The position numbers were made by a program, and so were the translations under genes. This document shows, in pieces, positions 58,453 through 64,000 of a stretch of DNA of 64,000 bases (positions within the stretch are counted from its first letter, which is position 1; the number at the start of each line of letters is the position of its first letter). Under the pieces are notes generated by a model, which searched no databases, was not told the DNA's origin, and worked only from the letters and a program-made list of their open reading frames with translations. This DNA is from Bacteroidales bacterium (GTDB lineage Bacteria; Bacteroidota; Bacteroidia; Bacteroidales; UBA7960): positions 581-64,580 of the forward strand of contig JAWLCS010000014.1 in assembly GCA_041687035.1 (NCBI GenBank), in the 5' to 3' direction.

Positions 58453-59484
58453 ATGAAAAAGTTAATCACAATTTTTCTGATGCTGTGCTTTTTCAGCGCA
58501 GGTGCCACCAGCTGGCGGCTGAACAACAACCCGGCCGTGGATGCCGATTTTACCGCTTTCCAAGCTGCACACGATGCGGCTTCGGCCGGAGATACCATTT
58601 ACGTTGAAGGAAATGGACATCAAGCCCATTACGGCAACATTACCATTTCTAAAAGGCTGATCATTATAGGGCCGGGTTATTTCCTGAATGAGAATGATTC
58701 GACTTATGCAAATCCAATATTTGCAAGATTTCTGAGCATTTATATTCAACCAACGGCAACTGGAACCGAAATTTACGGTTTATATATTTATACCCCCGAT
58801 GCCAACACTAACAAACTTAGAATCAGGGCTTCAAATGTTATTATTTCCAGAAATACCTTTTATTTAGATGGTTACAACACGATTTGCTTGGATGCAAATA
58901 TTGAGAATGTATCCATTACTCAAAATTATACTTATCGCATTGAGACATCTTCCGGGTCAATTGTTGCCAATAATATACTCATCTCCAACAATTATATCAA
59001 CCAAGATGTTTACCTGAATAATCTTTCCAATGCCATTATTTCCAATAATGTCATCAGGGCTTATGTGTCGAATGTTTTTTATTCTCAAATCAAGAACAAT
59101 ATTTTATATCAGTCACACGGCGGAGACGTGCTCAGTGTTCAGAATACCGGCAATTACATTGCCTATAACCTGGTGGCCGGGAGCTTGGTTTCCGGGGCAA
59201 ATTATGGCCCGGGCAATGTTGGAAACGTAAATATGGCCAATGTTTTTGTTGGTTACCCAACCCAGGGTAGTTACAGCACTGACGGGCTATGGCAATTAAA
59301 AGCTGGCAGTCCTGGCATTGGCGCCGGCGAAGGGGGCATCGATTGTGGAATATTTGGCGGGCCCCTGCCCTATGTGCTGTCAGGCCTACCAGCCATCCCC
59401 CGCATTTATGAAGCCATTGTACCCACGGCAGGCTCAACTTCATCCGGACTTCCGGTTATTATCAAGGCCAAATCGCAAAACTAA
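58453..59484 (+). CDS. Secreted right-handed parallel beta-helix (PbH1-like) repeat protein
   Basis: Signal peptide (MKKLITIFLMLCFFSAGA) and repeated NN(I/V)(I/L)xxN turns (ISRNTFY, ITQNYTY, ISNNYIN, ISNNVIR, IKNNILY). The start is set at the ATG at 58453. Confidence 0.65.
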   Translation: MKKLITIFLMLCFFSAGATSWRLNNNPAVDADFTAFQAAHDAASAGDTIYVEGNGHQAHYGNITISKRLIIIGPGYFLNENDSTYANPIFARFLSIYIQPTATGTEIYGLYIYTPDANTNKLRIRASNVIISRNTFYLDGYNTICLDANIENVSITQNYTYRIETSSGSIVANNILISNNYINQDVYLNNLSNAIISNNVIRAYVSNVFYSQIKNNILYQSHGGDVLSVQNTGNYIAYNLVAGSLVSGANYGPGNVGNVNMANVFVGYPTQGSYSTDGLWQLKAGSPGIGAGEGGIDCGIFGGPLPYVLSGLPAIPRIYEAIVPTAGSTSSGLPVIIKAKSQN

Positions 59485-59489
59485 GTCTC

Positions 59490-61475
59490 ATGAAACGGCT
59501 GATCCTATTGTTTTGCTTTTGGATGACCTGCATACCTCTCTGGAGCCAGCAGATCGTCCAGGCGGAATATTTCGTTGGCGAGGACCCCGGATATGGAAAC
59601 GCCACCCCCATTGCTGTTACAGCCGCACCGGTTGCCGAAATGAACTTCAGCATTCCGCTAATCGGCCTTGGTTTTGGCATTCATACCTTGTATGCCAGGG
59701 TAAAGGACAGCAATGGCGCCTGGTCGCAGACCTTCCGGTGCGTCTTCCTGGTGCAGCGACTGCCGCTCGATCCGGATTTCCTGGTTTCGAAAATGGAATA
59801 TTTCTTTGATGATGACCCGGGCTTTGGGCAGGGCACACCCATCGAATTCCAGGCCGGGGCCGATATCACCGCCGCCATCGAAATCCCACTTTCATCCTTA
59901 TCGGAAGGCATGCACACCCTTTGCGTGCGAACCAGGGACAGCAAAGGCAGCTGGGGACTGCAGTTTTACCGCACTTTTCTTGTAAAATTACTCCCCCAGG
60001 ACCTGGTGTACCAGGTAAATTACATGGAATATTTCTTTGATGATGACCCGGGCTTTGGGCAAGGCACACCCATCGAATTCCTGGCCGGGGCCGATATCAC
60101 CGCCGCCATCGAAATCCCACTTTCATCCTTATCGGAAGGCATGCACACCCTTTGCGTGCGAACCAGGGACAGCAAAGGCAGCTGGGGACTGCAGTTTTAC
60201 CGCACATTTCTGGTGAAATTACTCCCCCAGGATCTGGTGCACCAGGTGAATTATATGGAATATTTCTTTGATGATGACCCGGGATTGGGGCAGGGCACGC
60301 CCATTGGTGTGCAGCCTGGTGAGGCGATTTCCGTGGCGGTTGAGCTGCCGCTGGACGAATTATCCACGGGTATGCACACCCTGTACGTGCGCACCAGGGA
60401 CGACAAAGGGAGCTGGGGACTGGTTTTTTACCGGAGCTTCCTGAAATTTTTCACTGCCACCGATGAAGCCCTGGTTTCCCGAATGGAGTATTTCATAAAT
60501 ACTGATCCCGGTGCAGGCAATGGCATTGCCGTTGCAATGAACACCCCACGTGAGGTGGCCATGAAATACTTCATGGTCGATCCCCAGCATCTGCAGCCCG
60601 GCACCAACACCCTTTACATCAGGACGGTCGACACCCGCGGTCGCTGGGGCTTGGTATATCACACCACCTTCGAAGCACTTCAGGCTGAAGCTTGCGATGG
60701 CCCTGTTGACCTAACTGCCGACAATGTGACGGAAACCACCGCCAGCCTGGGCTGGACCGAACAAGGGCAGGCCACTTCATGGGACCTGCTGTGGATACCT
60801 GGCGGAATGGACTATACCGAAGATGGTGTGGTTGGTGCAGACATTGAAGCCAATCCCAATACGGTGCAGAACCTTTTCCAGGCCACGCAGTACGATTTCT
60901 ACGTGCGCTCGGCCTGCAGCGACGGGCAGGTGAGCCCCTGGGCCGGCCCGGCACAGTTCCATACCCTGCCCCTGGGCTACAACCAGCTCAGCCTGCTGGC
61001 CGACCCGCCCAATGGAGGTACCCTGACCGGCGAAGGCTCTTATGCTTATGGCGAAACCATTACCATCACCGCCGCGCCGAACAACAACTTCGTGTTTCAG
61101 CACTGGACGGGCGACACCGATTACATCAGCGACCCGCAGCAAGCCACAGCAGTAGTAACCATGCCGGCAGAACCCATAACGCTGACGGCTCATTTTCTTG
61201 ATGCAACAAACTTGGCCGAGATTACAGAGCAAAGTCTGAAGGTATTTCCCAACCCGGCCAGAAACCAGCTCAATGTAGAATTTTACAGCAAGGGCAAAGA
61301 GGTGGTCATTCAGCTTATGAACAGCCAGGGGCAGATCGCAGATCAAATGGCCATTGAAGAACCAGGCAGGATAAAAGCCAGCTTCAACACGGCTACGCTG
61401 CCCAGCGGCCTCTACCTGCTGGTCATTCGCAGCGAAAATTCGAATGTGGTGAGGAAGGTGGTGATCAGGCCGTAG
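59490..61475 (+). CDS. T9SS type A (Por_Secre_tail) cargo protein with five 76-77-aa repeats, an FN3-like domain and an InlB-B-repeat-like domain
   Basis: Signal peptide, a repeat array (xEYFxxxDPGxGxGT...GxHTLxVRxxDxxGxWG), a segment DLTADNVTETTASLGWTE (FN3-like), and PPNGGTLTGEGSYAYGETITITAAPNNNFVFQHWTGD. The C-terminus KVFPNPARNQLNVEF...GLYLLVIRSEN is a T9SS CTD. Confidence 0.8.
   Translation: MKRLILLFCFWMTCIPLWSQQIVQAEYFVGEDPGYGNATPIAVTAAPVAEMNFSIPLIGLGFGIHTLYARVKDSNGAWSQTFRCVFLVQRLPLDPDFLVSKMEYFFDDDPGFGQGTPIEFQAGADITAAIEIPLSSLSEGMHTLCVRTRDSKGSWGLQFYRTFLVKLLPQDLVYQVNYMEYFFDDDPGFGQGTPIEFLAGADITAAIEIPLSSLSEGMHTLCVRTRDSKGSWGLQFYRTFLVKLLPQDLVHQVNYMEYFFDDDPGLGQGTPIGVQPGEAISVAVELPLDELSTGMHTLYVRTRDDKGSWGLVFYRSFLKFFTATDEALVSRMEYFINTDPGAGNGIAVAMNTPREVAMKYFMVDPQHLQPGTNTLYIRTVDTRGRWGLVYHTTFEALQAEACDGPVDLTADNVTETTASLGWTEQGQATSWDLLWIPGGMDYTEDGVVGADIEANPNTVQNLFQATQYDFYVRSACSDGQVSPWAGPAQFHTLPLGYNQLSLLADPPNGGTLTGEGSYAYGETITITAAPNNNFVFQHWTGDTDYISDPQQATAVVTMPAEPITLTAHFLDATNLAEITEQSLKVFPNPARNQLNVEFYSKGKEVVIQLMNSQGQIADQMAIEEPGRIKASFNTATLPSGLYLLVIRSENSNVVRKVVIRP
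59562..60710 (+). repeat. Intragenic tandem repeat array, 5 units of 228-231 nt (units 2 and 3 nearly identical)
   Basis: Unit starts are at 59562, 59793, 60024, 60255 and 60483. Units 59793-60023 and 60024-60254 differ at about 9 of 231 nt by manual alignment. Confidence 0.9.
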
Positions 61476-61560
61476 GTCTGACTCGGCTGATGGGCCGTGC
61501 CCGCTTACCATCGGGTGACGCGTGTTAAAAAAGCAGAGACGTTGCATTTTAGACCGTTGC

Positions 61561-61594
61561 ATTTTAGAGCCGCAATGCATTGCGGCTCTAAAAT
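61561..61594 (+). terminator. 34-nt perfect palindrome, probably a bidirectional terminator after the T9SS cargo gene
   Basis: ATTTTAGAGCCGCAATG|CATTGCGGCTCTAAAAT, followed by TTATT. It is preceded by two direct copies of GTTGCATTTTAGA. Confidence 0.45.
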
Positions 61595-61628
61595 TTATTA
61601 AACTGCTTGGAGGCGGGCAATAGCCATA

Positions 61629-61884
61629 CGACCCCTTCAGGGTCGAAGAATAAATTGCAAAAACCTATTTGCTATAGACATGTGATCCCTTCAGGATCAT
61701 TATTATACAGGTAATAGACCGCGATAATGCCATATACGTTTGATCTCTTCGGGATCATTAATTGGTGATGAATTAATGCCAACAGGAACAAAACAGATCA
61801 CATTCATTGATTTCTGACCCCGTAGGGGTCACATGTCTATAACCCGAAGAACCTAAATAGGTGTCAACGACCCTGAAGGGGTCG
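61629..61884. repeat. REPIN-like hairpin-doublet element, left copy (5 short hairpins, ends are inverted repeats)
   Basis: Hairpins lie at 61629-61645, 61683-61699, 61741-61757, 61815-61831 and 61868-61884. The first and last are exact reverse complements. TATAGACATGTGA (61673-61685) is inverted at 61829-61841. Confidence 0.85.
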
Positions 61885-61956
61885 AATGTATACCAACACC
61901 CAAATGTCAAAAAAAAATAAAATTTGTATTTTTAATCAGACAAATCAAACCCCGTC

Positions 61957-62439
61957 ATGACTCGGAACGCAACCTTTTCACAAATTTACATTCACGTAAT
62001 TTTCGCGGTTAAAGGAAGAAACAGCCTCATCAAAAAAGAATGGGAAGAAGAGCTTTTCCAATACATAACAGGAATTGTTCAGAAAAAAGGCCAAAAAATG
62101 CTGGCTATTAATGGCATGCCCGATCACATGCATTTTCTGATTGGGATGAAACCTTCCTGTTTGCTTTCTGACTTAGTACGAGAAATAAAAAAATCCACTA
62201 ATAACTTCATTAAGGAAAAGAAGTTTTTGAAGCACAAATTTGAATGGCAGGAAGGTTTTGGTGCCTTCTCCTACAGCCATTCCTCTTTCGGAAGGGTTAT
62301 CGAATATATTGAAAACCAAAAGAAGCATCATGCAAAAAAGACCTTTAAGGAAGAATATATCGGGTTTTTAAAAAAGTTTGATGTGGATTATAGAGAGGAA
62401 TTTTTGTTTGAATGGATTGATGAACGTATTGGAGAATAA
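61957..62439 (+). CDS. REP-associated tyrosine transposase (RAYT) / IS200-like Y1 HUH transposase
   Basis: 160 aa with IYIHVIFAVKGR, an HUH motif (PDHMHFLIG), FEWQEGFGAFSY, and the catalytic-Tyr region VIEYIENQKKHH. Confidence 0.85.
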   Translation: MTRNATFSQIYIHVIFAVKGRNSLIKKEWEEELFQYITGIVQKKGQKMLAINGMPDHMHFLIGMKPSCLLSDLVREIKKSTNNFIKEKKFLKHKFEWQEGFGAFSYSHSSFGRVIEYIENQKKHHAKKTFKEEYIGFLKKFDVDYREEFLFEWIDERIGE

Positions 62440-62502
62440 GGTATTTAAACCTAAAATATTGAATCTTCTCCCTTTAAAAATAATAACCCCATTAAAAAAA
62501 TG

Positions 62503-62757
62503 CGACCCCTTCAGGGTCGAAAAAATAAATTTGGAAAACATTTTGCTAAAGACATGTGATCCCTTCAGGATCATTACCCATTTGAAAATAACTGCAATCA
62601 TAGGCTATAGGAATGTTATCCTTTCGAAATTATTGCGTTGAGGAAAAAACGTGAAATCCGAATCAAGACAATTCACCTGAGACTTTTCTGACCCCGTAGG
62701 GGTCACATGTCTATAACACAACAAACCTAAAGATCAACCAGCAACCCTGAAGGGGTC
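62503..62757. repeat. REPIN-like hairpin-doublet element, right copy
   Basis: Hairpins lie at 62503-62519, 62557-62573, 62689-62705 and 62742-62757, with spacings identical to the left copy (37, 115 and 36 nt). The central hairpin has decayed. Confidence 0.85.
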
Positions 62758-62879
62758 GTATAATTTTATTCCCCAGAAACACATAAAATCAAATTTTCTG
62801 TTTTTAAAATGTTCTTTTTATTATTTTAGCACGGCTTTCCCCTCCCCTCAGGCTGTTAGATAGTGGTTACCATTTGCGC

Positions 62880-64000
62880 ATGGGCATGAAGAGGTTGCTT
62901 GCTTTCCTGGTGAATCCCTTTGTTTTACCTGTAATACCCACGGTAATCATAATCCTTTTACTGCCTTTTAATTATGACCGGTTTCTTTTGACCATTGAGC
63001 AAGCAGAAAAGTTAAACGAAAATCAATATGTTTGGTATGAGGATGTAACACTCGATGGAAACGCTGAAAAAATCCAGATTATTGATCAAAAACATCTTAC
63101 CAGGGTTTTGGTATATGATCACAAGGGGCGGCTTTTTAACCAGTGGAATTTCAAGGGACATATTGATTTCTATTATAAACCAGAGATAATAATCACTGGC
63201 GATTATAACAACAGTGGTAAAAAAACCCTTTTTTTTCTCACCCTTTCAAACGATAGTATTTTTCTTCATGCCATTCATAATTTAGAAAACCAGCAACCTT
63301 TTTTTCGAGACCGCTTTATTTCGACCATGGGACCCGGTAAGGGGAAACCTGACATTCATTTTTTTAGCGGGGAAATGGATGACCTTGATGAGGATGGAAT
63401 TAAAGAATTGATATTTGGCTTGAATGGTGGATTTTCCCTTTTCCCGAGAAATATTTTTGCCTATTATATTGAAAAAGATTCCCTGGTTCAATCACCTGAG
63501 TCATCTTATTATCTGGCTGGATTAATCCAAGCGGATATTACTGGCGATGGGAAAAAAGAGATCATTCCGCTAGGTTCTGCTACTGCAAACGTTTCACCTG
63601 ATCAGGTCAGATTTCATGACTTCAGCAACTGGCTGATGGTGCTTGATCAAAACCTTGAATTTCTTTTTGAACCTGTTGAACTTTCCGACAGGAGATATGG
63701 AGTAAGTTTATTTGTGACAAAAAGAGATCAGGAGCACTTGATAAAAGCTTTTCTCCTCCCAATTGATGGATCTGGAATTACCCGGCTGATAACGTTTGAT
63801 CAATTTATTGAGAAGATCGACAGCGTTGATTTTCAATTAAACCTTCAGCTGGTTGAATTAATTGAAACCCCGCAAGGAGACTCCCTTTGGCTTAGTTTTG
63901 ATGAAGAACGGGGAACGCTTGTTTTTAACAATCAGTTCAAAATCATCAGAACCATGCCGGGTTTCAGGCTTCATGGTTGGTCTTTCTGGGAGAAAAACTT
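62880..64000 (+). CDS. Hypothetical membrane-anchored protein with FG-GAP/VCBS-like Asp-Gly motifs; the 3' end lies outside the window
   Basis: It is absent from the supplied ORF track because it has no stop codon. I translated it by hand from the ATG at 62880 to the window end and found no stop. The N-terminus is hydrophobic (FVLPVIPTVIIILLLPF), with the motifs GDYNNSGKKTLFF, DLDEDGIKELIFG and DITGDGKKEIIP. The DNA is markedly AT-rich. Confidence 0.6.
   Translation, partial: MGMKRLLAFLVNPFVLPVIPTVIIILLLPFNYDRFLLTIEQAEKLNENQYVWYEDVTLDGNAEKIQIIDQKHLTRVLVYDHKGRLFNQWNFKGHIDFYYKPEIIITGDYNNSGKKTLFFLTLSNDSIFLHAIHNLENQQPFFRDRFISTMGPGKGKPDIHFFSGEMDDLDEDGIKELIFGLNGGFSLFPRNIFAYYIEKDSLVQSPESSYYLAGLIQADITGDGKKEIIPLGSATANVSPDQVRFHDFSNWLMVLDQNLEFLFEPVELSDRRYGVSLFVTKRDQEHLIKAFLLPIDGSGITRLITFDQFIEKIDSVDFQLNLQLVELIETPQGDSLWLSFDEERGTLVFNNQFKIIRTMPGFRLHGWSFWEKN

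Larger units (their letters stand above)
61629..62757 (+). mobile_element. RAYT gene bracketed by two directly oriented REPIN-like elements (REPtron-like unit or IS200-type element)
   Basis: It combines the flanking repeats at 61629-61884 and 62503-62757 with the Y1 transposase gene at 61957-62439. Confidence 0.6.

Noticed and set aside
61629-62757. CRISPR array, as an alternative explanation for the repeated short palindromes.
   Set aside because: The repeats are 17-nt hairpins of several sequence classes in both orientations with irregular spacing, not a constant direct repeat with unique spacers. No cas genes are present, and the repeats flank a Y1 transposase gene.

Overview
This 64 kb window looks like a chromosomal segment of a Bacteroidota-type bacterium. 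The evidence is two kinds of T9SS C-terminal sorting domains, CarboxypepD_reg-type TonB-dependent receptors, a GldA-like ABC ATPase, a DUF2723 protein and TAnnTTTG-type -7 boxes. Sampled core lines are roughly 50-57% GC by eye. Most of the window is a densely packed housekeeping backbone: uvrC, yicC-gmk-nadD, metK, rsgA, dtd, the yceD-rpmF-plsX-fabH operon, sdaA, lepA, rsmI, tdk, pgi, the rimP-nusA-infB operon and tRNA-Gln. Several less ordinary modules sit within this backbone. (1) A radical-SAM/DUF4130 putative DNA-repair pair lies in line with uvrC. (2) A four-gene operon encodes a Cys-rich protein, two HMA proteins and a TonB-dependent receptor. (3) A second large TonB-dependent receptor lies next to a PhoR/PhoB-like two-component pair. 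(4) A compact synthase-dependent exopolysaccharide locus encodes a REC-only regulator, a TPR/YaiO-like outer-membrane protein, a HEAT-repeat inner-membrane protein and a processive GT2. A hybrid kinase with a visibly degenerate ATP-binding domain precedes it. (5) A 1076-aa protein fuses four redox modules. (6) An ECF sigma factor is paired with a partner that combines an anti-sigma-like N-terminus with a C-terminal beta-barrel. (7) A 630-bp non-coding gap holds nested long-range complementarity and a heptamer microsatellite. (8) Downstream of tRNA-Gln lies a compositionally mosaic accessory stretch. It contains a T9SS cargo gene with near-identical 231-nt tandem repeats and a RAYT-type Y1 transposase bracketed by two about 256-bp hairpin-doublet (REPIN-like) elements. 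No CRISPR array, rRNA, prophage or recognisable defence system was seen. All family assignments come from motif reading and memory, not from database searches.
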